Below, piece after piece: positions 1 to 10,159 of a DNA stretch of 64,000 nucleotides. Origin of the DNA: Candidatus Altiarchaeota archaeon (GTDB taxonomy: Archaea; Altiarchaeota; Altiarchaeia; IMC4; SCGC-AAA252-I15). Where the stretch lies: assembly GCA_043800705.1 (NCBI GenBank), contig JAZDMS010000023.1, positions 1 to 64,000 of the forward strand, given 5' to 3'. The translations under genes were made by a program, and so were the position numbers. Position 1 is the first letter of the stretch, and the number at the start of each line of letters is the position of its first letter. The notes under the pieces were generated by a model. The model had not been told where the DNA came from. It did not search any database and saw only the letters and a list, made by a program, of their open reading frames with translations.

Positions 1-892
1 CGTCTGTTGCCGTTCCGGTTCCGGTTGATGTGCATTGGAACCCTGTGGCTGTTCCGGTGCACCATTGTCCGTTGGTCAATGTGCCGAACTTATCCTCTGT
101 TATCTTTATGCGGGCGTCTTGTGCTGTTGCGTTGGTCCAGAGGATTGTCACGTTGCCTTGCAGCGCTGTTATGTTCAGGTAGACGTCGCCCGTGACCGAT
201 CCATCGTCGTTCGCGCAACTCCAACCCCCCGTCTGGTTCTTGAGTATTTGGCCCGAAGAACATGATGCCGCCAGAGAGATGGTGGGGTTGACTCCTCCAG
301 AAGACGACAGAGGAGAATTCGCACCCACAGACGTGACATAGGAGCCAACCAGGGCGTATAATGTGTCCCCGTAGGTCTTGTTAAGGGTTCCGGCTGGCAT
401 GCGGTCCCATCCTACGCTGCCTGTTGTTATGTTTGCTCCGTCGATGTTGGGCTGCGCCGGGATTCCTGTAATCTTTGAAGAGTTGACCATTCCCAGGGGC
501 GACATGAAAGCCACCCGCTCAACTACGGAGCCGACGTTGTTTGTGAAATCAAGGTCTGTTCCGTCTATCTCGTAGTCTTTGTAGTATGTCCCACCATAGT
601 CCAAATCCAGGGTTGACGTCTCCCCAAGCATCACGTTCCAGCTGCCGTTTACAATCGCGGCTGAAAAGGTTTCATCATATACTTTATTCCCGCCAGTCAG
701 CGAATCCCAGACCTGCACCCCCAAGTCCCCTCCGTCGACCAAGGCTCCGTTGTATATTGCGTTGACGCCCTGGTCAGAAAGAAGCACAGGCGACGCACAC
801 GCCAAAGACGAAGAAAAAATCGCGAGAGTGACGGAAATCTGCCAGAAAGTCAATTTATACTTTAACCGGTTTGCGTGCCTCATCTTGCTCAT
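1..892 (-). CDS. Secreted fibre/adhesin-like surface protein, 3'-truncated by the window edge (absent from the ORF track)
   Basis: Manual translation from ATG 892 (alternative 883) is open to the window start: MSKMRHANRLKYKLTFWQISVTLAIFSSSLACASPVLLSDQG...VWDSLTGGNKVYDETFSAAIVNGSWNVMLG...VTSVGANSPLSSSGGVNPTISL...CSSGQILK...WSCAND. It has a signal peptide, is T/G/S-rich with many NxT/S sequons, and a TATA-like element lies near 911-921. Confidence 0.75.
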   Translation of the reverse strand, partial: MSKMRHANRLKYKLTFWQISVTLAIFSSSLACASPVLLSDQGVNAIYNGALVDGGDLGVQVWDSLTGGNKVYDETFSAAIVNGSWNVMLGETSTLDLDYGGTYYKDYEIDGTDLDFTNNVGSVVERVAFMSPLGMVNSSKITGIPAQPNIDGANITTGSVGWDRMPAGTLNKTYGDTLYALVGSYVTSVGANSPLSSSGGVNPTISLAASCSSGQILKNQTGGWSCANDDGSVTGDVYLNITALQGNVTILWTNATAQDARIKITEDKFGTLTNGQWCTGTATGFQCTSTGTGTATD

Positions 893-1037
893 TACGCGAG
901 GCCAACCACCTTTATATTATGTGTTTGGAAGCTTTTAACCACTAAAAAAGCCGATTTTTAATGTTATCCCGGCTGGTGTGCGTTGCCGACGGCGAGGCTG
1001 GAATCATATCCCCTATCCCAAAGCAATCGACCAAAAA

Positions 1038-1661
1038 TCAGGCCTTTCCGTCTAGTTCCCTTATCTTTGACTCTATCTCTATCAGCCTTTCCTGCTTGTC
1101 CTTGACGATGTTCTTCAGGGTCTCCTCGTCTATCTGCCTCTTGTGGTATTTCACCCTGGTCATCTCAATCATCTTCTCTATTTCGGCCTTCTCAGCCTTC
1201 AATTCGTCAGGGGTCGGGCCGCGGTTTTTCGAGCCTAGGTGGTCCCATGCAATCGCGCCTATGACGACCGCAACCGCGAGCAGTACGAGGCCGAGGCCGT
1301 ATTTTTCGACTATCTTTCCCTCGAAGGTAGACTCCCCGACTATGTTGAAGTTGAGCTTGTATACTCCGTCCTGTTTCACGGCCTCGTTGGTCCTCTGGTT
1401 CGGGCTCTGGTCGCCTGTCCTGAGGTAGACGTCGTAGTAGACGCCCGGCTCCACGGACATCGAGTACCCCCCTTTCTCGTCGGTTTTGGTGGAATTCACC
1501 GCTTTGCTGTGGTCTTCGCTCCTGTAGGCCTCGACAGTCACCTCGGAGATGCTTTTTCCGGTGTTCCCGTCCTGGACGGTGCCCTCTATGAGGGTCGAGC
1601 CTTCTGCGCAGACCAGGCTGCACAATGCGAAAACGAGGATGCAAGAGGCGAAGACCTTCAT
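1038..1661 (-). CDS. Membrane-anchored protein with carboxypeptidase-regulatory-like (transthyretin-fold) domain and C-terminal coiled coil
   Basis: Signal peptide from MKVFASCILVF, motif IEGTVQDGNTGKSIS...TKTDEKGGY, one TM helix, charged tail. Start moved from the ORF-track 1730. Confidence 0.65.
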   Translation of the reverse strand: MKVFASCILVFALCSLVCAEGSTLIEGTVQDGNTGKSISEVTVEAYRSEDHSKAVNSTKTDEKGGYSMSVEPGVYYDVYLRTGDQSPNQRTNEAVKQDGVYKLNFNIVGESTFEGKIVEKYGLGLVLLAVAVVIGAIAWDHLGSKNRGPTPDELKAEKAEIEKMIEMTRVKYHKRQIDEETLKNIVKDKQERLIEIESKIRELDGKA

Positions 1662-1773
1662 CCTTATATGATTCGTATAAAGGATAAAAAAGCTCCGATT
1701 TGGCGCTGGCGGGCAGTTCAGCCCATTCACCTCTTATCCATCGTATATTTTGTCGTCTTTCAGGTATCATTAT

Positions 1774-3444
1774 ATGGGCAGCCAGGAAGCGAACATGCCG
1801 CCAACCGGAGATAGGAGAGATTTAGGCGGCGTCGACAGAGGCCAGCTGAAGGGAAAGATCGGCCTCGACTTGAACGAGATACGTCGGGTGTCGATTCTCG
1901 CATATATCGCCCCGACATTCGACGAATTCGGATTGCCTGAGCTCAGACTCCCGTTGGGGCCGGGTTTATGGAGCATCAGACGGGAGTCTATGCCGAGATT
2001 CGTTAAAGACCTCCGCGAAGGGATGGAGCATGAGCAACATCGCCTGATAGAATCCGACGACATCTCCTCGGTCTTAGGCAGGCTTATATACCGCACGCGC
2101 ATCAGGTTGGACGACGAGACGAAGGCGCTTTTTTATTCCGGGCCCCACGGCGGGATTCTGCACAGCCCCGAATCGGTCGATGCAATGAGGCGGTCGGAGG
2201 ATGTCACCGTCGCTGAGGCCCTGCAGCTTTGGAGATGGCTTGGCCGTACCAGGGATCCTCATCAAAAGGCGTTGGCTGGGCAGATTACGGCCGCTTTGGA
2301 GGGGCGGCTTAGGCTGCGTTCAACCTACGTCGAGGGCGCGGAAGGTGAACTGTCCAGGCCCACTCCTAATCCGTCGGAGATACTCGACGACCTGTCGGCT
2401 ATCGCCTGCGACGCCGGCATCAGGGCGCATGTAAGGTCTTCGGATCCAGACCAATGGAACGATATCGCAGACTATGCGGGAACCGGCGATTCGATGACGA
2501 AAGCCCAGGCAAGAGAAATCCTCCATCCCTACCTTATCGCCAGCGCGGATGTCAGCGATGTACTGCGCGGGCGCCTGGACCCGAAGAGGATATTCGGCAC
2601 AAACTGCGTCGGGATGGGATTGAGCGAATCCTTGTTGTACAGCGGAAGGTACGGGGACTCGTCCCCCAGCTGGTACATGGGTCTCCTGATGTCTGTCACT
2701 GACGAATTCGGCAAGGCGCTCAGGGGAGAGGAGCCGGCAGGCGATTTGAAAGACATGCTCTGGTCGAGGCTTGAGCGGGACGACGTCGCATTCGATGGGG
2801 TGCCGAAGCTGACCGATGCGATACTCGCCGAATCGCGTGCTGGTTTGGAGGAGACGAAGGAAGACACGGTTGAAGTTTTCAGGGCGGTCGACTGGTCGCT
2901 GAACAATATGCCCTCCCCAACGACAAGGTTGTTGTTGCATTTCGCCGAAGCGGAGGACTGGCGGGACAGGAGATTCAGGCTCGAGAGCAACATCCGCATG
3001 GGCATAGGCAAAGCCCTGCCGATGCTGATCGGCTTCGCGAACGAGAGGGATCGCGGGGAAATCACCAACGAAGAATACGACCGGCTCATCGTCTCCAACG
3101 CGACTGGCATTGTCCTACAAAGCCTCGAATTAAATCCTGACGTGGAAGGAGAGGCCTACAAGCAGATGAGCGTCTGTATGAGGCTGCGGCGTCTGAGGAA
3201 GAAGCTCGCCGTGGGGAAGGACTACACTGCATCCGACCTGAAGCACTACGCCGAAGACAGAAAGGCCATAGGTCTGCCGGACAGTCCCGAAACGGTGCCC
3301 CAACCGTCTGAGGTTAACGGGGCATTGAGCGCCGCGCTCAAAAGATTCTACAGCCTACTTGATCCGAGGGAGCGAAGCATGTACCTGCTTGCCATAGAGA
3401 TGTCCACGGAAATCCTGAAGCGGGATCCAAGATCCCTGGACTAA
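1774..3444 (+). CDS. Hypothetical protein (~556 aa, helical, no recognised motif)
   Basis: Long ORF with coding-like composition; start uncertain (1750 TTG, 1774 or 1795 ATG). Confidence 0.7.
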   Translation: MGSQEANMPPTGDRRDLGGVDRGQLKGKIGLDLNEIRRVSILAYIAPTFDEFGLPELRLPLGPGLWSIRRESMPRFVKDLREGMEHEQHRLIESDDISSVLGRLIYRTRIRLDDETKALFYSGPHGGILHSPESVDAMRRSEDVTVAEALQLWRWLGRTRDPHQKALAGQITAALEGRLRLRSTYVEGAEGELSRPTPNPSEILDDLSAIACDAGIRAHVRSSDPDQWNDIADYAGTGDSMTKAQAREILHPYLIASADVSDVLRGRLDPKRIFGTNCVGMGLSESLLYSGRYGDSSPSWYMGLLMSVTDEFGKALRGEEPAGDLKDMLWSRLERDDVAFDGVPKLTDAILAESRAGLEETKEDTVEVFRAVDWSLNNMPSPTTRLLLHFAEAEDWRDRRFRLESNIRMGIGKALPMLIGFANERDRGEITNEEYDRLIVSNATGIVLQSLELNPDVEGEAYKQMSVCMRLRRLRKKLAVGKDYTASDLKHYAEDRKAIGLPDSPETVPQPSEVNGALSAALKRFYSLLDPRERSMYLLAIEMSTEILKRDPRSLD

Positions 3445-3465
3445 GAGCCCCTAATTGATTAAGCA

Positions 3466-4065
3466 ATGCCCACCAATAGGTTAACCATGCTAGACAAGCG
3501 CGAATACGCCTCCATAAGGGCGGACTTGGATGCCCTCAGCAGGGGCAAGATCGAGGTGATGAAGCAGTCGAGGGAGGTGGTGAAATCCTCGAAGGAGCTC
3601 ATATACAGCATACACCGCGGCGACATGAAGGCTGCCAGGGGATTCCTCGCCAAGATCAAGGTCGAAAAGGGGAAACTAGACAGGATAGCGAATACCCCGA
3701 AGCTCCGCGCATACAGCCCCTACTCGAACGGGGTACAGGAATATGTGGAAGCCGTCACATACTACTCTGTCATGACCACGGAGAGGATACCGACGAGGGC
3801 ACAGCTCAAAGTCGAAAGCGAAACCTATCTCTCAGGCCTCTCAGACCTGACCGGGGAGCTGATGCGCAAAGGCGTCGACGACATGATACATGAGCGCTAC
3901 GCCCATGCAATAAAGCTCAAGGATACGGTCAACGAGATATACGGCCTCATGCTCTCGCTCGACCTCGACGGCGGCGAGACGAGGAAGAAGTCCGACGCCG
4001 TGAAATGGAACCTCGCCAAGCTCGAAGACCTAGTCTACGACGCCAAGATCAGGGACAAGATATAG
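3466..4065 (+). CDS. Translin/TRAX family protein (archaeal C3PO-like)
   Basis: Motifs QEYVEA, YLSGLSDLTGELMR and RKKSD; start may be 3487. Confidence 0.85.
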   Translation: MPTNRLTMLDKREYASIRADLDALSRGKIEVMKQSREVVKSSKELIYSIHRGDMKAARGFLAKIKVEKGKLDRIANTPKLRAYSPYSNGVQEYVEAVTYYSVMTTERIPTRAQLKVESETYLSGLSDLTGELMRKGVDDMIHERYAHAIKLKDTVNEIYGLMLSLDLDGGETRKKSDAVKWNLAKLEDLVYDAKIRDKI

Positions 4066-4127
4066 CCGGGAATTTATGTTGATGGGGGCTGGTTGGGAGA
4101 TATTACTTCGCTAAACCAATACTTATC

Positions 4128-5537
4128 ATGGCCTCCCAACGGATGGGAAAACAACCTGTTTTGGCACAATCTGAGGATAACCTCCCCAAACTCGGCACTT
4201 TGACTGTAGGTGCTAATACACCGATGGATTATATCCGTCCCGCCCAGGTGATGAAAGTCTTTTTCTTCCCAAGCGGTGACAATCATAGTTCAAAGATCGG
4301 GGATAACATCATATACACCGCCCAGTCTTTGGCTCTCAGGAAGCGCTTCAGAAATGCTCATGTAACTGTTGCGACGGCTTTGCCTGAAATATACTTTGGG
4401 ATGGACGGGATTGCGGGCTCGAAGGAGATGAGCCAGTCGCAGGTTTTTTCCATGGAAGGCCCGGGTCTGCTGCTTGTTGACGGCGTCGGCATGGAGGACT
4501 GCCTCGACCAGAAGGCTTTGAAGGGATTCCTTAACCGCGGAAATCAGGTAATAAATCTCGGAGCAGACAAAAGCGTCCTGTATTCGAATGGCGTTTCAGC
4601 AACCGACAGGATCGTCTTTAAAAGCAACCTTCCGGCTGCCGCATTGGACGGAATCTCCCAAAGAGCCAGAACCGAGATGTTACTGGCTGGAATAGAAGCC
4701 CGACAAACCCCCCGGATCCACCTTACCCGGGAAGAGACCTCAAGGGCTCATGAGATTATCCGGGCGTGCGGAGTCACCGACTTGGGTAAATGCAAACTGA
4801 TTTTCTATTCGAACAATGCAGTATCAGACCCTACTTCCATCCTGGATATCGGCAGTAACATGGATGTAGTCAGATCATGTACCGAATCCGACTACAGCGT
4901 CCTAGTCAACACCCACGGAATGAAGCTCCAAAATAGACTTTTCAAAGGCATAGACGGAGTTTATAATATGGACCATCTTGGCCTGCGGGAAATGTTCGCG
5001 GTGATAGATGCCTGCGACCTTGTCGTGTCAGCCAACAGCGGCCCTATGTGGGCTGCGGCGGCGTTGGGCAGGCCTGCTATAGGATACTTCGGCATGGATT
5101 TTTTGATCCAAAAATGGTGCCCCGAAGGGATAAATGTGCTGCCCGCATTATCGGATTCCGAGGCCATCTCTGCAGGCATCAAGGCAATGAGGCTTCTACA
5201 ATCGGGGAGGGCCCACGAAGTCTTCGTCGGCGGGAAAGGCGCAGTCAACGACTCGCATGAATACGTCCGCCTACTACGAAGACTTGACGGCCGGCCTGCT
5301 GAAGCGACCGCAAAGGACATAGACGAGGCTTTCCGACTGAGGGCCATACTGCAGGGAGATTTGAAGGCCGAATTCAGAAGGTTCTTCAGAAGCTCGGAGC
5401 TTTTCTTCCAAAAAGATTGGGAATCGCCCTCATCCATAACCTTCTGCCATCTCCAAACCCCCCTGTATCGGTATATGGCTCAGGCGTTCGAAAGGGATGC
5501 TGGGAAAAAGACATTCCAACCCGCGTTTAGGGGTTGA
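4128..5537 (+). CDS. Glycosyltransferase family 9 (heptosyltransferase)-like protein with C-terminal extension
   Basis: KIGDNII near the N-terminus; CDLVVSANSGPMWAAAALGRP resembles the GT9 DSGPMHLAAA signature. Confidence 0.7.
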   Translation: MASQRMGKQPVLAQSEDNLPKLGTLTVGANTPMDYIRPAQVMKVFFFPSGDNHSSKIGDNIIYTAQSLALRKRFRNAHVTVATALPEIYFGMDGIAGSKEMSQSQVFSMEGPGLLLVDGVGMEDCLDQKALKGFLNRGNQVINLGADKSVLYSNGVSATDRIVFKSNLPAAALDGISQRARTEMLLAGIEARQTPRIHLTREETSRAHEIIRACGVTDLGKCKLIFYSNNAVSDPTSILDIGSNMDVVRSCTESDYSVLVNTHGMKLQNRLFKGIDGVYNMDHLGLREMFAVIDACDLVVSANSGPMWAAAALGRPAIGYFGMDFLIQKWCPEGINVLPALSDSEAISAGIKAMRLLQSGRAHEVFVGGKGAVNDSHEYVRLLRRLDGRPAEATAKDIDEAFRLRAILQGDLKAEFRRFFRSSELFFQKDWESPSSITFCHLQTPLYRYMAQAFERDAGKKTFQPAFRG

Positions 5538-5661
5538 TCCTGAATATGGCTTCGTCACGCCGAAACCTCCATCTGCCGCACACCAACGGATTTAGGCAGA
5601 CGGGAGAACCTCCCTCTTAGATTTTTTAGCAGGTACGGAAAATCCATATATACCCTAGTTA

Positions 5662-7545
5662 ATGAGATACATCATGGCCCCCCCGATCACCATAAAGATT
5701 CGAAAGAAAAGCATATTCGTCGGTATGTATCTGGGGTTCATCCTGGCCCTCCTTTGGGCCTACTGGCCCGAAAGTTTCGGCGTCGGCGGAGGGGGCTGGT
5801 GGGTCTGTCTCGACTATGTGGGTCAGGGGACGCTCTACGGCGGACAGCCATACTGTGCGCAGGGGCCTGTCATATACTATGCCGGCTTTGTCTTCGACAG
5901 GCTGATCGGCTGGGTGAACCCCGACATGCCCCTGATAGCAATAGGCCTCCTTTCGAACCTGGCCGTCTTCATAACGCTCCGCAAGATCCTCCTCAGGGAG
6001 GGAATCTATCACCCGACGCTGTATCCGCTCCTATATGTGCCGATGGTCTATAGGTTCATGGGCGACGTGCCCTCGATGCTGAGCGCCGCCTTCTTCGCCT
6101 TGGGATTCTGGTGGTTTTACGGCCGGGACGGAAAGATAAGGGCGTGGAGCGCGGCCTGCGCCTTCTGCCTCGCCATCGTGACGAAATACATGGCAGCCCT
6201 GCCAATCATCATAACCGTAGCCTACGTATGCTTCATCAGGGACAGCCTCAGCATCGCCGAAAAGAATGGGCGCAGGATCATCGTCTACAAGCCCAACGGA
6301 CCAGCCTTCGACGCCGCCCTGAACATAGGCGTGACGTTCTTCGTCGTCTTCCTCCTTCTGAACATGGTCTTCCCTAACCTGAGGGAATACACCCTGGCAG
6401 GACACAGCGACCAGCTGAGCTGGAACATGAAGGCGGCGATAGAGTACCAGCTTGACAAGAGGAGCCTCAACAACGTCGCGGCGGCGATCATGTTCGCCAT
6501 CCTCGCCGCCCTGGCCTTGAAGGGCTTCTTCGACCGCAGGACCATCGTATTCCCCCTCGCCCAGATAACGCTCCCCCTTATAGGCGCATTGTTCATCCAG
6601 GTGAAGAACGTCCTTGACACGAAGATCGGCAGCCACTACATGCTGTGTGCATACGTCCTCCTCCTAGTCTCATACCTCGTCATATGGAAAAAGTCGAAGA
6701 AGGCGTTCGCGCTTCTGGTCCTCGTCACCCTAGTCTATCCGTCCATATTCGGCAGCCCCCTCCTCGACGCCTCCCGCAGGAGCTTCGAGGAGAGGAGGGA
6801 GGATGCCATGAGGTCGATACAGTACGGCCTACACTTCATCCCTCCCCAGGACGGATACGTGCTGACCGAAGGGGACTATGGATATGAACGGATATTCGAA
6901 TCCTTCGACGCCCCGATAGATCCCGGCAGGATCGTCGTCCTGAACCAGGACGGCCACCGGAAGGTCAGCTACGCAGATGCGACATGGACCCCTACGCTCA
7001 AAAAGAGCTTCAACTTCACGACCGCAGCCGATGGCCTGTCCGGAAACTACTCCGAAGAGGACCGGCTGCTTCGGGAGGAGATGATAGCAGGCAAGTATTC
7101 CCTCATAATGTTCGGGCCCCCAAGCTGGGAGATCCTCCTTGAGAACGTCGATTCCATAAAGGGGTCCCTCGACAATAAGGTATGCCTCCTATTCGTCCCC
7201 AACTTCCAGTACGAGAACAACGGCAGGTCCTACACCACACTCATCTTCACCAAACCTGCCGACTGCGGGGCGATGAAGGAAAAAATAACGAAATATTACT
7301 CGGATAACGCGGACATGTTCTGTTCGCTGGGATACGACGCCTTCAAGGTCGTGAGGATGTCGATGCAGTGGAACGGCATAACGCTGCCCTACACATGCAA
7401 CTCGAAGATCAAGTACGTCTACGGGCCTGATGAGAAGTTCAAGACGCAGTGGTGGGACTTCGCGATAATGGCTGCACTGTACCTGCCCACATACTACCTC
7501 CTCCTAGCAGTGGGTAGGCTCAGGCAGCATGGACCGGCATCCTGA
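5662..7545 (+). CDS. Polytopic membrane protein, probable GT-C fold glycosyltransferase
   Basis: About 11 hydrophobic segments, PYCAQGPVIYY loop, extracellular C-terminal domain and final TM helix; start may be 5674. Confidence 0.55.
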   Translation: MRYIMAPPITIKIRKKSIFVGMYLGFILALLWAYWPESFGVGGGGWWVCLDYVGQGTLYGGQPYCAQGPVIYYAGFVFDRLIGWVNPDMPLIAIGLLSNLAVFITLRKILLREGIYHPTLYPLLYVPMVYRFMGDVPSMLSAAFFALGFWWFYGRDGKIRAWSAACAFCLAIVTKYMAALPIIITVAYVCFIRDSLSIAEKNGRRIIVYKPNGPAFDAALNIGVTFFVVFLLLNMVFPNLREYTLAGHSDQLSWNMKAAIEYQLDKRSLNNVAAAIMFAILAALALKGFFDRRTIVFPLAQITLPLIGALFIQVKNVLDTKIGSHYMLCAYVLLLVSYLVIWKKSKKAFALLVLVTLVYPSIFGSPLLDASRRSFEERREDAMRSIQYGLHFIPPQDGYVLTEGDYGYERIFESFDAPIDPGRIVVLNQDGHRKVSYADATWTPTLKKSFNFTTAADGLSGNYSEEDRLLREEMIAGKYSLIMFGPPSWEILLENVDSIKGSLDNKVCLLFVPNFQYENNGRSYTTLIFTKPADCGAMKEKITKYYSDNADMFCSLGYDAFKVVRMSMQWNGITLPYTCNSKIKYVYGPDEKFKTQWWDFAIMAALYLPTYYLLLAVGRLRQHGPAS

Positions 7546-7604
7546 AGGCATTTCACGGCTTTATTATTCCATTTTCTAATTCTTATCCTTCATGGTGGTT
7601 CAAG

Positions 7605-7847
7605 ATGGAGCATGTCGTTGAAGTCAGGGTTTCGCTGAAGAAGGGCGCATTGGATGCGGAAGGGGAGACCGTCCAGAAGAGCCTCGGCCTGCTCGGCTAT
7701 CCCGTGAAAAAGGTCGACACCATAAAGGTGTACCGCCTCACGGTAGAGGCCGCAAGCAACAGGGCGGCCAGGGAGCAGGTGGAGAGCGCGTCGAAGCGCC
7801 TCTTAGCCAACCCCGTCATCCAGGACTTCGCCATAACGGTGGTGTAG
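7605..7847 (+). CDS. purS: FGAM synthase subunit PurS
   Basis: LKKGALDAEG and LLANPVIQ motifs; 80 aa; directly upstream of purL. Confidence 0.95.
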   Translation: MEHVVEVRVSLKKGALDAEGETVQKSLGLLGYPVKKVDTIKVYRLTVEAASNRAAREQVESASKRLLANPVIQDFAITVV

Positions 7848-7848
7848 G

Positions 7849-10159
7849 GTGTACAGGAAAATCGCAGAAGGCGTCTTCGAGATAGACCTCCTTGGCGCCG
7901 CGGACCATGACCTGGAGCGGATCGGCAAGGAACGCAGCCTCGGCCTCTCCCTCGACGAGATGCGAAAGGTCAGGGACAGGTTCAGCTCCGAAGGCAGGAA
8001 CCCGAGGGACATAGAGCTGGAGGCATTCGGCCAGAGCTGGAGCGAGCACTGCTGCTACAAGACGAGCAAAAACATCCTCAAGGAGACGATATTCAGGGTC
8101 AAGGGGAAGGACGTCATCTGCGCGATCTCGGAGGACGCTGCAGTGGTCGACTTCGAGGGGGAGCATGCGTACGTCGTCAAGATAGAGTCCCACAACCATC
8201 CGTCCGCGCTGGACCCGTACGGCGGCTCCGCCACCGGGGTCGGCGGCATACTCCGCGACATAGTCTGCATGGGAGCCCAGCCCATTGCGCTGGTGGACCC
8301 GCTGTTCTTCGGACCCCTGGACTTCCCGGAGCATCGTCTGCCTTCCGGGATCAAGCATCCGCGTTACCTCTTCAGGGGAGTCGTCTCCGGCATCGCGGAC
8401 TACGGCAATCGGGTCGGCATACCGACAGTGTCTGGGATGGTCTACTTCGACGAAAGCTACGTCGGCAACTGCCTCGTTAACGTCGGATGCGTCGGGATGG
8501 TGAAAAAGAAGGACGTCGTCCACAGCCGCGCGGGAGCGGCCGGCGACGTGTACATAATCGCAGGCGGCAAGACCGGCCGCGACGGCATACACGGGGTCTC
8601 GTTCGCCTCCAAGGAGCTGCACGTGGCGAGCGAAGACAAGGACAGGGCCTCGGTCCAACTCGGCTATGCGATCATGAAGGAGCCGCTGATGCACGCATGC
8701 CTAGAAGCCAACGAAAAAGGCCTTCTGACGGGGTTGAAGGACTTCGGAGGCGGGGGCTTAAGCTGCGTGGCTGCCGAGATGGCGCATTCGGCAGGCCTTG
8801 GCGCCACCGTCGACCTGGACCGGGTCCTGTTGAAGGAGCCGGGCCTCAGCCCGTGGGAGATCTGGGTCAGTGAGAGCCAGGAGCGGATGATGCTGTCCGT
8901 CGACCCAAATAACGCATGCAAGGTCCTGGAGATATTCGACTTCTGGGACGTCCCCGCGGCGGTCGTCGGGAAGGTCGACGGCTCGAAGCGGATCAAGGCG
9001 GTATGGTACGGGCAGGAGATACTCAACCTCGACCTGGACTTCCTAATAGCGGGAGTATGCTACGACCGGCCGTTCAAGTACGTCGAACGCCCGGACACGG
9101 CACTGGATTTAAGGATGCCGAACCTCAGGAAGTCGTGCCTCGGGATACTCTCGTCATACAACGTCGGCAGCAAGGAGTCCGTCATAAGAAGATACGACCA
9201 CGAAGTCCGCGGCGGCACCATAATCAAGCCGATGAACGGGCAGGTCAACAAGCAATCGCACGCTGATGCTGCCGTGATGAAGCCCCTCGACGACAGCTTC
9301 AGGGGGCTTGCGATATCCTCCGACGTCAACCCGTCGCTGTGCAGGGAGGACCCGTACTGGGGCGGCGCGTCGGCAGTCGACGAGGCCGTGCGGAACATGA
9401 CCGCAGTCAACGCCACCGCACACACGATAGTCGACTGCCTCAACTTCCCGAACCCGGAAAAGCCGGAGAATCTCGGAGACTTCAAACGCGCATGCGCAGG
9501 CCTCTATTTCGCAGCCGACAGGTTCCAGGTCCCGTTCGTCTCAGGCAACGTCAGCCTCTACAACGAAAGCGCAATGGGGCCGATCGCCCCGACCCCCACA
9601 CTGTTGACTGTTGGAATAGTAAAGGACGTCAGAAAATGCGTTTCATCGGATTTCAAATCGTCAGGCAATATAATATTCCTCGTCGGGGAGACGAGGAACG
9701 AGCTTCGCGGCTCCGAATACCTCCGGATGCTGGGGCTCAATGGCGGCAACATCCCGAAGGTGGAACCCGGCACGACCATGAAGGATTCGAAGAGCATACT
9801 CAAAGCCATGGACGCGGGCCTCGTATGCTCATGCCACGACCTGTCGGAAGGCGGGCTCTTCGTCTGCCTGGCGGAGATGTGCATCGGAGGCGACCTCGGA
9901 GCCGACGTCAGCCTCCACCGGATGGAGAAGCTGCGCACAGACCAAAAGCTGTTCTCGGAGAGCAACGGAAGATGGCTCATCGAGGTGAAGCCAAAGGATG
10001 CCGCACGGTTCGAGAGGCTCGTCGGCGGCATAAGGATCGGCAAGGTCAGGAAGAAGGGGCGGATAACGATCAAGGACGGAAAAAAACGCGGTCTCATTGG
10101 ACCTGAAGAGGGTCCGCGACGTCTGGGACTCAGCGGTCGGAAGGGAGGCGCAGAAATGA
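7849..10159 (+). CDS. purL: FGAM synthase subunit PurL (small type); apparent +1 indel in the A7 run at 10080-10086
   Basis: WSEHCCYK, ESHNHPS, DFGGGGL, SESQERM and HDLSEGG motifs. Removing one A gives a normal end, GKNAVSLDLKRVRDVWDSAVGREAQK*, with TGA at 10157-10159. Confidence 0.9.
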
